Assembly (NCBI GenBank): GCA_002269645.1
Contig: NIVC01000012.1
Location: 744,001 to 808,000 of the forward strand
Reading direction: 5' to 3'
Length of the DNA stretch: 64,000 nucleotides
Source: Macrostomum lignano
Taxonomy: Eukaryota
Part shown: piece by piece, positions 46,596-59,000 of the stretch
Layout of the letters: each line of letters begins with the position of its first letter
Position numbering within the stretch: the first letter of the stretch is position 1
Notes under the pieces: generated by a model
Told to the model about the DNA's origin: nothing
The model's database searches: none
Seen by the model: the letters and a program-made list of their open reading frames with translations, nothing else
Made by a program: the position numbers and the translations under genes

Positions 46596-47089
46596 TTTAA
46601 TTTAAAACAGTCAGAGTCACAAATTCACTTCTTTCTGACATGTATGCTCAGCAGCTCATCAAATGGACTCCTACATGCAGTACGTAGAAAATGATCCATA
46701 AAAGAGCGATGTGGAAAAAGGGTTCTGTCAGTCTTCTTCTATACTTTTCACCGTTTGAGCTTGCAAACAGAAAAATCATGGGGCTGCGGCTGGATTGTTT
46801 GGTCAGCGTTGAGCAGAGGGTAGCTATAGGAAAACAAACTTTCACGCGGTAAGTGCCAAAGATACACAACACATGCAGACAAGAAATCTTACTCTCAGTG
46901 TCAATACAAACTGTGAGACGATTTCAAGTGTGAATTTGTGTTTGCACATTTCAAGTTTTATCTAAATGTTGACATGTTTCCATGGTCACATTCTAAAGAA
47001 ATACAGGTAAATCCATCCAGATAAAGCGCAAAAAGCTTGGGTTTTATTAAAAGGCTTCTACAATTGAATAGATCTAATTAAAGTACTGA

Positions 47090-50000
47090 ATGATTGCCAA
47101 TATGATAAAGTCATACTACTGGTTAATTTTTTACATCGTGATCTTTTCATTCGTCGGAATTGGTAAGTGAAATAAGTCGCACGACCCAGCAGAAAGCTTA
47201 GCGAATGTTTAAATCAAATACGATACTAATTTCCCATAGTCTCAGCCACAATATTCACTGTAAACTCATCTGTTAGACTGATACCTAATTTTAGCCCATT
47301 GTGGTGTCACCTGTTTTATAGATACCCAGTTATGGCCCATTGTGGTATCACCTGTTCGATAGATACCCAGTTATAGCCCATTGTGGTATCACCTGTTCGA
47401 TAGATACCCAGTTATAGCCCATTGTGGTATCACCTGTTCGATAGATACCCAGTTATGGCCCATTGTGGTATCACCTGTTCGATAGATACCCAGTTATAGC
47501 CCATTGTGGTATCACCTGTTCGATAGATACCCAGTTATAGCCCATTGTTGGTGTCACCTGTTTGATAGATACCCAGTTATAGCCCATTGTGGTATCACCT
47601 GTTTGATAGATACCCAGTTATGGCCCATTGTGGTGTCACCTGTTTGATAGATACCCAGTTATAGCCCATTGTGGTGTCACCTGTTTGATAGATACCCAGT
47701 TATAGCCCATTGTGGTATCACCTGTTCGATAGATACCCAGTTATAGCCCATTGTGGTATCACCTGTTCGATAGATACCCAGTTATGGCCCATTGTGGTGT
47801 CACCTGTTTGATAGATACCCAGTTATAGCCCATTGTGGTATCACCTGTTCGATAGATACCCAGTTATGGCCCATTGTGGTATCACCTGTTCGATAGATAC
47901 CGAGTTATAGCCCATTGTGGTATCACCTGTTCGATAGATACCCAGTTATAGCCCATTGTCGTGTTACCTGTTCGATAGTTACCCAGTTATAGTCCATTGT
48001 CGTGTCACCTGTTCGATAGATACCCAGTTATAGCCCATTGTCGTGTCACCTGTTCGATAGTTACCCAGTTATAGTCCATTGTCGTGTCACCTGTTCGATA
48101 GATATACCCTGTTATAGCCCCTGTTAACTGGTGTTACCCGTTCGATAGATACCAGTTGTCACCTGTTCAATCGTGAGTTCAATCGTTTTGTGGTGCCTAT
48201 AATGTGGTATAATTACTGTAGCAGATCTTGCACTCAGAGTTTGTATCAGTTTTAGCGTAACTGTCAATCACCATTTAATTCGCAGATGGCTTGAGATTCA
48301 CTTCGCCAAGTCGAGGTGCCGACAGTGGCAACATTGCCGTTACCCAGTCGTTGGTAGAAAACTTGGCGGCGCCGCACGAAACGACAGTATTAAGAACCGA
48401 CACTACAGCCACATGGACTTTCGGTACGGTTGATGCCAACTGCCCGAGCGACACGTTTCAGCTCAATCCGACCAGCGGTACAGTCTCCATGGTAACATTT
48501 ACAACGCTGAAAGCGCTTGATTATGAAACGAAGACTTCATACAGTTGCGAAGTTGTGTGAGTTTTGATGAATTGCGCGTATTGTTTTCACTTCATTTCAT
48601 CGAATTTGACTAGTTAGTCTATAGTTACTGTAATATTACCTACCGTAACAAAATTGTTTTTTAAATCCTGATGACAGAGCGACTGACACCTCTGGAACAT
48701 TGTCAATCACGGCAACAGTGACGCTAAGCGTCAATAACGTTTACGACGTTGCTCCAATTTTTACTGGGGGCAGCACAGTAGTCAAAGCCAACTGCGTTGA
48801 AGAAGCTTCCGCTGGCAGTCAGTGCTCAATGTCGTCAAACATTTTGTTTGTTGATTCGGAGGTGGATGCATCTGGTGACCGACTCACCTGCTCGGTCAAG
48901 GGTGACGGGTCGGAGTACTTCTCGGTAATAAAGCGCCAGTCTTTGATCTATATTTTATTAGCTGTAAAGACCCAATAACCTTTTATGTAAACAAAAAAGG
49001 CGTAAGCTAAATCATTGTATCAGAGCCCAAAGTAAAGCTCCGGACCAAACCTTTGTGACAAAATACTGAAAATATTTACCTACATTACTGCAGGTATCCG
49101 CCTCAGGAAAGACTTGCGTTTTCAGCGTTGGCTCAAAAATCGATCGGGACAGATTAAGCAGCGACGCATTTCCCTCTCTGCTGGTGACGGCAACCGATCT
49201 GGGTGGAAATGTCGGCACAGCCTCTGTGAGCGCTAGCATATTAGATATTAACGACAACGCACCTGTGTGTACTAGCAGTCGATTCAACAAACGAATCACG
49301 GAAAATGTTGAATCAAGTGGCTTCACGATTGCCAATATTGGATCCGTATGTAGCGACATTGACAAGGGAGCCAATGCAACCCTGCAATTCGAGTTCACCA
49401 GCTCGTCTACTGGCTACTCAGTGGGCCTCACATCTGGTGTTGTAACCCTGACTGGTGCGCGAGATTACGACACGCTAAGTGCAAACCCGGAAATTCTTCA
49501 AGTTCGGGTAGGAGCATTGATGTTTTCATGAAATTTGTGTCTACATTCAATTTCAATGGTTAAAACTCTATTTGAGACTTTTTTCCATTTTTTTCACTTT
49601 GCAAGACAAATATGGCGCACAGTACTCTTAATTACTTATCCAGATTTTATGACTAAGGTGTTTCAAAATTGCCCCGCTATAGCCCCTAGGCCAGCCCTTC
49701 AACCGGCTACTTCGACGTCTTCAACGAACCTTGAATTTGACCAATCCATGAATTCTTCGATACAATTAGTTTTTAAAAATCGATGTTCTTAATTCACTAT
49801 TGCAAATAATCCAGGTGCGCGACAACGACACTTCGGGACCCTTAAGCACCACAGTGACCGTTACAGTGACCGTAATGTCGCAGAACGACAATAGACCGAC
49901 GATATCGAGCGTCACTCCAGCGAGTGGCATCGCCACAGTATCAGAAAATGACACCGTGGGAACGGTTCTGTTCACGCTGACTGGTAGCGACGCTGATAAA

Positions 50001-53000
50001 GCTTCTGAGCCTGATAGCAACATTGTTTGGTCGTTAGTTTCGGCTACCAGTAATAGTAAGTATCTACTAAACTGTCTAATTTCTGTCGATTCAGCGATAA
50101 ACTTGAGGCTGTTTCCATTCAGGCTCAGCAAATGTGCTCGAATCGTTCAGCATCGACTCGACTACTGGCGCACTGAAGGTCAGCACCAAGCCCATGGACT
50201 TTGAGGCTTGGCAGTACGCAGATGTTGTGGTCAAATGCTCGGATTTGGGTAGCCCCGCGCAGTCAGTAACTCGGTCGTTGACTGTCGTATTGACGGACGT
50301 AAATGAAATGGCGCCTGTGTTTAGTCCGTCTTACTATTACAAAACCTCGCTAGCCGAGAGTAAGTATATTTTTGTTGTTGTTGTAATGCATTTGATCAAA
50401 TGTTTCATATTATAATGGAGGCCATCCTCTTGCATGCATAGTCTCAACGAGCTTAAAATTTAGTTTAATGTCCTTTTGTCTTCAAAATAGCTAACGATGG
50501 ATGCTGAATTTTTCAATGCAACAAAATTCCAGACAGCATCATGAACACCACTGTGCTGTCACCGTTCACCGCTACTGATCCCGACCGAAATAGCCTGCCA
50601 GTTCTTTGCGAAATCACTAGCGGCAACACCGATAGCGTGTTTCGTTTTCGACCAACCGATCGAAGCGTGATCGAATTGGCCAAAACAATTGAACCGGACG
50701 CTAGCACGAATCATCCGACAATCTTTCTACTGCAGGTTTGGTCACTAATGAAACAAATATTTATTGTTATTATAGCTTTATAGTTGCTGGAGTTCTGGTA
50801 AACTGATACTGACTTATAACTCTGATGCCGCAAGGATAAATAGGAATTGTAAATTTGTTTAGCAACCTTAGATTTGTTTCTTCTTAAGTGTAAATGATTT
50901 TTAAGGTCAATGCATTACAGATTATTCACAATAAACTATATGTAGCCGTATCTCTGAACAAGTTTTGAATTAAAGGGATCTTTAGTTTTCAGTAACGAAT
51001 ATAAAAGCTTATCTACTGGCAAATCGAACGTCTTACGACACTTGGAAAACATAAACTCATACTATAGTATGTGCAAACTGTTTATCAGCTCAATTACCAA
51101 TTGTTTATAATATAGAATGCTACGTACCCTACCTAGCATGTGCTCATCCTTCTACGAGTATACACCGCATACAAGCATTCATTAAAAAACCTTTTTCTAT
51201 CAAAATTTGGAAGATCATCTGCAAAGACAACAACGGCACGTCGCCATATCTGGCCAGCACTGCTACAGTGGAGGTTAACATTCGGTTGTCCAACGATTTC
51301 GATCCCGTAGTAACGGGCTCGTGCGTGTGCACTTCATCGGCCAGACTGAGCGAATCAACCACAACTCCCGGAACTACGGTGGGCAGCGTTGGTGTTACGG
51401 ACAATGACGTTGGCACCGATGGCATTGTCGATTGTAGTATTAAATGTAAGATAATTTGATATTGGATTCGTATTATTAACGCAGATTTGGTCAAGCGTGA
51501 AAGAGTTCTTTGCTTTAGGAACGCATTCGAAACGTGTAAAATTCACATTCTCAAATTCGCCTTCCTCAACGATCCTCGCAATTTTATATCCTTAAAACAT
51601 CGTATCAAAATTTCACTCCAGAAAATTTTTAGTGACATGAAAGCCCCAAAAAGCCAGAGCTAACGAAACCAACTGGGGTAGGTAACTTTTCAGACGCGTT
51701 GGACTAGCAAAAATATTCATCTTGGTAAAATTCCTTACGGCTTCCGTCGAGAATTATATCGATTAAACGCTTCATATAAAGCTTATAGTATGGCACCTAT
51801 AAGTTAGCACCCCTTTCTTAAAGTGTTAATCTTAATGAACTCACCATTTTAGCACCCACTGGACCCTTCGAAGTTCAGAGCTGCTCCAAGATCATTCTAA
51901 CCGGACCGCTTGACTACGAGACGGCTAATTCTTACGACCTGGTCGTTATGGCAACGGATCGAGGTTCGCCGAAGCGCACGGGCTCTACCACTGTCACTAT
52001 TTTCGTTGGCGATGTGGATGACAATGCGCCATATTGTGTAACCTATCTATACTCCTGGTCTGTGCCAGAAAATACAGCTGTAGGAACATCTGTGGGCTCG
52101 GTGAACTGCAAGGATGCAGATTCAGCTGGCGTCACCTACTCGATTGTGTCGGCTGGTGTGCCGTTCAAAGTTACTACAACGGGCGAGATTCAGGTTAACG
52201 GCGGTAAGCTGCTTTATGTGCTATCAGAGGCGGAGACTAGAAAGCAGTTACACAGAAATTTCCGGTTTTACCTCTTTACCGTAGTGCATTATTCTAGATG
52301 GAATTGTATCGACCGAGTTTTTCTATAAATCCGCATTCAAATTTTTACTACGTTAGTCCAAGGACTACTAGACTAGAAAGACTAGAAGGACTACTAGACT
52401 AGCAACACTTATATCTGTATCTCCGAATCGGTTGCATGTAGAAGGTTAATTTTTTTCGCCAGATTGTTCAGATTTTTGTCCCCTACCAAGTAAGTCAGTT
52501 AGTTTAGTTTCCCCCTAGATGTAGATGCAAGAAAATCCTTTACAATGGAGTCACCCTATTTTTGGGTGTATGGTAGCTATTCAAATCTTCAAGTCTAGGA
52601 ATTAAAATTAATAAAGTAGCTGACAATCTTGAGCGCATTTTTTGTGAATACGCTCTTAGTTTCATTAGTGACGTTTCTGAAAATATATCGGAGTCTGGAG
52701 ATCATATACAGAAACCGCATACTTTGGTCTATATATCTTTCTCACAAGATGGCCAGTCAGAAATCAATCAAATAGGTCTATTAAGTATTTATTACTAGGT
52801 TCCAGGTCGATAAACATTTGTCCTTAGTCATAGGCCTAGCCTACCTACTCATAAGTTGTAAAAAAATTGTAAATAACCTACAAAAATATGACTAAACCAC
52901 GAAATAACATTATTTAGCTAAGCGTTTCTGGTTACATGCTGCAAAATTTCGGAAAATAATAGCCCTAGGCTTCTGCAAACAGCACATTATGTTGAAAATC

Positions 53001-56000
53001 ATGCAATTCCTCTATCTCACTAATGTATGCGAGAACGAAAATCGGCCTTTAACTATTTTTACACGAATCGAGAATTTAACGTCCTTATATAACGAAGTGT
53101 TCCTAGTGGTCCTTGCGTTAGTCCTTTAGTTCTGTCCTTAGCTACTATTTTAATTGGTAATTTAAACACATCTCGATCAAAATTTTGTTAAAATGAAATA
53201 ATTGGAAGTACGCCAAGTCCGCTCCAAGATGTCAAGGTGTACACTGTACAGCCATTAGCTCAGTTGAGACAGTGCTAAGACAGTGGATGGTCGCGCGCTA
53301 GCCGAGTGATTTTGCGCACCACCGGCGCTACAAGTTAAGCAGAGTTAGCTGAGGTTAGTACGGAGCTGTGTGGGCTTGCATCGATCAATCTTCAAGGCAG
53401 CTGCAGTTAAAAAAGTAGTTAATTAAGCTGCAATCCAGTTCAAATATATTGTAGGCTACGATACAGTAAATATGCTTTATTTAGATATTATATCGCAGCT
53501 CAGAACAGCCGGCCGAATTGAGAAGGGCAAAATGAAGCTCACGAACTATCTAACTTCGAAGTCATAAAAAGTTTTAATTATATCATCTTGTTTAAGCACC
53601 AACAACTGAATCCTTTACCAGCAATTGACTATGAAACTACAACTTCTTACGAGTTCACGGTGCGAACCACGGACCGCGGAACATTTTCTCGAACCGCCGA
53701 CGCTACGGTGCAGATCGCCGTGACGCCTGTCAACGAGATGACGCCAACATTTGCTAACACGTCAATATCGGTGGCTGAGAGCACGGCCGTCGGTACGAAG
53801 TTGGCGAGCTTTACAGCAACGGACACGGATACCGGAGGTCATGGAGTTCAGTCCTATAGCATTAAGTCGGGTGAATAGAAGCGGGCTCGTGTGCTTTGTC
53901 TCTGAAAGTTTTAATCTTATTAAAGAAAAATCCCTATAAGCATTATAAAATTTTGCAGTCACAAATAGCGGAGGCGGTCTGTTTGGTATTGACGGCTCGG
54001 GAGGAATTTTGCTGTTGCGGCAGCTTGACTACGAATCTATTGCTGCTACGCCTAAGCAATATGTGCTTACCACTTTGGCAGTTGATGGTGGTTCCCTTAC
54101 TGTAAGAACAATCCAAGCCAATGCCTTTTCATGAGACATTTTCATCTTTTAAACAAAGTTTATTGGTTTATTTTAGGGAGTAGGTCAGCTTGTAATCCTG
54201 GTTACCGACGTGAATGACAATAAGCCAGTCTTTGGCAGCAGAGCATACAAGTAAGCTCGAGTAACCTATTTATTTTGTTGCATTAATTTTCAAATTAGTG
54301 CTAGTTAATTTATAAAAGGTGTCATTCTTTTTAGTTTGGAACTGTCGGAATCCGCTGCCACCAACACTGTTGCAACTGGAACCCAACCGACGGCTACTGA
54401 TGCGGACAGTAGTGCTTTGTACGGCAAGATTAAATACTCCATAAGTGAGTCCTATGGGAGCTAATTAACGTATTAAAACCTTCAAAAACTCCCTGTGCTG
54501 GGTTTATTACCTCTGACATAAGGTTCGGAGCAGCTTCTAGGGAACAAACTAGTGTCCTTTAAAATGGGTTCTAGGATGTCTTCAAAGGACGCCTGTTTTT
54601 AGCACGCAAAGTGTTTAAAACTCAGAACGTTAAAACTTTTTTTCAGGCGCTGGAAACACGGGCAGTTTTCTGCAAATCGACTCAGCGAGTGGATCAATTT
54701 CGCGCAGCTCTACTCCCGGTCTAAATTACGAAAGTTTGACCCCGCCTGGAACCTACTACAACCTAACCATTTTGGCTGTGGATGAAAACGGTGCCGGACC
54801 GAACACGGCCAGCTGTTACGTCAAGGTTAACATCCTTGACGCGGAGGAGGGCGCTCCGGCGTTCATTCCGAGCGTGGCCACCACTAGCCCCGTCCTAGAA
54901 TCGGCGCCTGTTGGTACTCTGGTGTATTCGCCAACTGTCAGCCACGTTGACAAGTGGGATCTGCCCGTGTTTAGTATCAGTCCGGCCGATGGAAACTTTT
55001 CGATTGATCCAGCTACAGGAAAGGTCTATCTGGCTGGTTAGTATAGTCTGTAAAAGTTTTTAATCCAGACATACTTGTAGATACAACTGGTACTGCTCAG
55101 TACACACTAGATTGTCTCAAAGCCTATGCAGATATGTGCCTTAAAGTATTCGTTTTTAAAGTGGATCCTTTGAATGCGCAAGACATAAGTAGAATACTAG
55201 TTAATTTACTCGACTTAGCTGCAGGGGGCGAGGGCTAAGCTACGTCCGGATACAGCGGGGTGGCGCCGCTGCCCATTCCCCTAACCTCTGGCGACCACGA
55301 GCAGCTAATGCTGCGACACCACGCTAGGGAGATCCGGTCGCGGTCTCCCTACAGAAAATACATGATTTGGATTATCGCTCATCCGGTAGCTATTAGGTAG
55401 CGGACGAGCTGGCAGACATTCTCGGGCCTGAAAACTTCAGAGATTGCCGAGATAGGTGAGCCTGGACCCCTTGCAGCCGCTCAACACCGAAGAAGCAGAA
55501 TGGGCAATTCCCACCACAGATTTCCACTAGAGGTAGCTATAAGAGGAAAAGGCTGACCGCCATGATGTCCCTGTGGTTGGGTCCAAGCAGAACCCTGCGG
55601 AGGCCGAGGGAGATACAGGGGACAGCATCGCAAAAGTGCTTGAATACCGCTCACTGATTGGTCCAAGTGGTGACAATCTACATGTAAGAGACTGCAGTCG
55701 CCTTTGAAAGTTTCCTGGCCATTTAGGTGGTCACTACTTGGTCACTCAAATATTAGTACGCATTGACGTCATCCTGCTCGTTAGTGGGGTAGGCGGTTCA
55801 TAGCACGACCTATAGATCTTATATTCCCTAGATAGGCCACTCTCAATGCATTCAATAGGAAAAGACTGACCACACAGTCATTTTAAGTAGACTATGTTTT
55901 TACGCGATGAATTTCACCAGCTTTCCTCGTCAATTAATTTATACAGCCACTCTAGACTACGAAACTGCAACAAGCCACACTCTGAAAGTTGTTGCAACCG

Positions 56001-59000
56001 ATAAAAATTCTCGCACCGGTACCCTAACACTCACGGTTCCTGTCACTAACGTGAACGAATTCATGCCGAGTTGTTCAACACCCGGTTCCACTACCACGGT
56101 ATTTCTCGACGAAAATGATCAAACGTCGCCCTCGTTTCCAAAAGACGTCCTGGCTTTTGTTTGTACTGACGCGGATGCAGGAACCTCGTTGAAACTAAGC
56201 GTTAGCAAGGTTAGTTGCAAAGGTAGTTTTGTCAACTGAAGTCATATTCATAATAGCTAACTGAGCTAATTTTATCAACCAATTTTCCGTAGGTCGATGG
56301 CGCCGCAGCGTCAACGCCTTACGATTTTCTTGGAAACACTTTACGCACCAATGCCGCAATAAATTACGAGAGCTACTCATTGCGGTATTACAATGTGCTA
56401 GAAATAACCGTGTCGGATCAGGGTCCGGGTACCGCTAACATTCTCACGGTGACGCTCACCATCTCTGTCAATCCTGTTAATGAGTTTCCTCCGGTGATTA
56501 CCGCTTCAAGCCTCACTACGACTGTAGCCGAAGACTTGGTTGTGGGCGCCCAGGTCGGCCAGGCAAGTGCTGCAAAGCCTCATTAACTGGCAGCTAATTG
56601 GGCTCTCTAAGTCGTCCCAATTAGCGATGCCTCACTTTAATTAATCAAAACTCCTTGCTTCATGGTGTTAAAAGTCAAATTCAAAGTTTCTTAGATTGTA
56701 TGAGCGTATTCAGAATAAAAACGAAGCGTTTCTATCAGTGTTCGTGTCTTTTACTTCAAACCGCTTGCTAGTAATAAATACGAGCATCTCGTATTCTAAA
56801 GCTCACATATTAGAATTTTACAAGCCTGTTCTATGCGCTTTCATTAAAGATTTTATTGATTAGATAGGGTTTTTGTTTTACTAGCTAGTCTGTCGTCAAA
56901 AATATCGAATTTTTTTTCTTCTCTAATTCTTCTCTAATTAACCATCTTCATGGTGTTACCAAGTACCACAGAATATTTGACCAATCGTTAAAATTTCCAG
57001 GTAGTTGCACCAGACAGTGACACGGGACTAAATCATGGCACCGTTCGATTCGCCCTACTGGCCGGCAATGACAAAGGTTATTTCACTCTTAACGAAGCTA
57101 CCGGTAGTTTGCGTTCCGTGCGCAATCTGGACCGAGAAGATTCTGCAACCTACTTGCTGACGGTCAACGCAACGGACGGTCCAGGACGCAGTGCTACGGC
57201 CACCATGACCGTGTCTCTGACAGATGTGAACGATAATTTGCCGAGTTTTACGCAGGCGACCTACTCAGTGTCCGTAGTTGAGACAGCTAGCGATGGGGCT
57301 ACGATCTTTTCTTTTGCTGGTAAGTGTAATTGCAAAATATCTTATGGTTACTCTGCATTCTGCATACATGAAATAGAATTATTTCTGGCTGTGTTTAAGC
57401 AAGCCTTTTGCCAGAAAACGGGATTTTAGTACATGTATGTGACTATATTACTTAAGGTAGCGGAATTTCAATGAACGGGCCAATTCAGGTTATTGATGTA
57501 AATCTGATGCACATTGGCTTTCCATTCCGTTTATGCTTAAAGGTCTCGTCACAGATGCCGACGCAACTTCGCCAAACAACGCCGTAAGCCTCTCGCTTAG
57601 CACGACCGGAGTACCCATCAAAATGGTCGGTGATTCCCTTCAAGTGTCTGGCACTTCGCCACTGAAGGCTAGCACAACACCAAGCTATATTCTAACAGTG
57701 ATGGCTGCTGATGGCGGCTCGCCGTCCAGGTCAACCGCTTGTCGAGTCCTCGTCAAAGTATTGGAAGTGAACACAGCTCCACCGACGTTCTATGGAACGG
57801 CGTCGATATCCATAGCTGAAAATACCGCCGTGGGAACGAGATTGCTAACCGTGAATGCCACGGATCTGGATGTGAGTACATGCTTGACATGTTTGAAAAG
57901 GGTACAGAGTAGCTGAGCGGTAATCACAGCTGACTTCCGCGCCAAGAACCCCAAATTCGATTCCGTTCGCGCTCATGCGCGCTCAAAGCGCTATTCACAC
58001 CTAGAGAGTGTACCTGCCTGACGATTAGAAAGTCAGGACCGCTGTACACCCTGTGTGAGCGTGTGTAATGAGTGCGTGCCTGCGTACAGGATTGACGCGC
58101 TTGTACATGCATGTGCTCTGGAGTCAGTGAAATTGGCTGAATTTCCTCAGTCCTGGTTGTGGCGTCCAGGGTACCTGAAAAGAAATTGAGAAGAATACAT
58201 TTGTTTAGTTAGCATGCTTCAAATGATTCCTTCGAAAAGCAGACAAAGCGTTTAAAAGCCGAACTCTTTGTACCATCTTATTCGAAACAGTCCGGCTCAG
58301 GCGGCTTAGTAACGTTCTCGCTCGTGTCTGGTAACACCGGCTCAGCCTTCAGCATTGGTCCCACTGACGGCATTGTCACAATCGCCAACGTCCTGGACTG
58401 CGACTTCGGTCCCCGTAAGTACCTGCTAGGCGTTGAGGCGCGCGATTCTGGCACTCCGGTGAAGAGTGCCACCTGGACGTTGACCGTTTCTGTGCTGGAT
58501 GTTAACGACAATTCGCCAACTTGGAACTCTTCAAATGCTTATACGCGTAAGTGAGCTGATGACTTGGAATTTATATTGACTTCTATTTCAAACGTCGAAG
58601 CCTTGTAGCATTAAAGCTAAGTCAACCATAAATGATAAATAAAAACTTTTCAAACATCTTGAAAACTTTGGTGCAAAAAACTCTTCGTCGTCTACTACGA
58701 GTAGCAGTAATTTTCTATTTATGGAATATTAAATAGTACGCCGTTTAACTTTGATAACATTCAACAATTAGAAGATATGTCATCTGTGCGATGATAAACG
58801 GATTATCCAAGCCCAAGCATACCATTTGGTCACTTACATCCCCAACCAAAATGCTAGTAACGGTGTCTGAAGCCCTGAGTGGAGGCCTGCCGCAGACTGT
58901 GTACACACCGGCAGTGTTCGATCCGGACTCCGGAGCCAACGGCTCCGTGACTTTTAGCCTAGTCTCTCTGACTGGCACGGCGCCCGATGGCACTTCACCA

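Noticed and set aside
47294-48120. CRISPR-like appearance of the 41-bp repeats (also considered for the 23-mers)
   Set aside because: Units are contiguous with no unique spacers, there are no cas genes, and the context is a eukaryotic intron.
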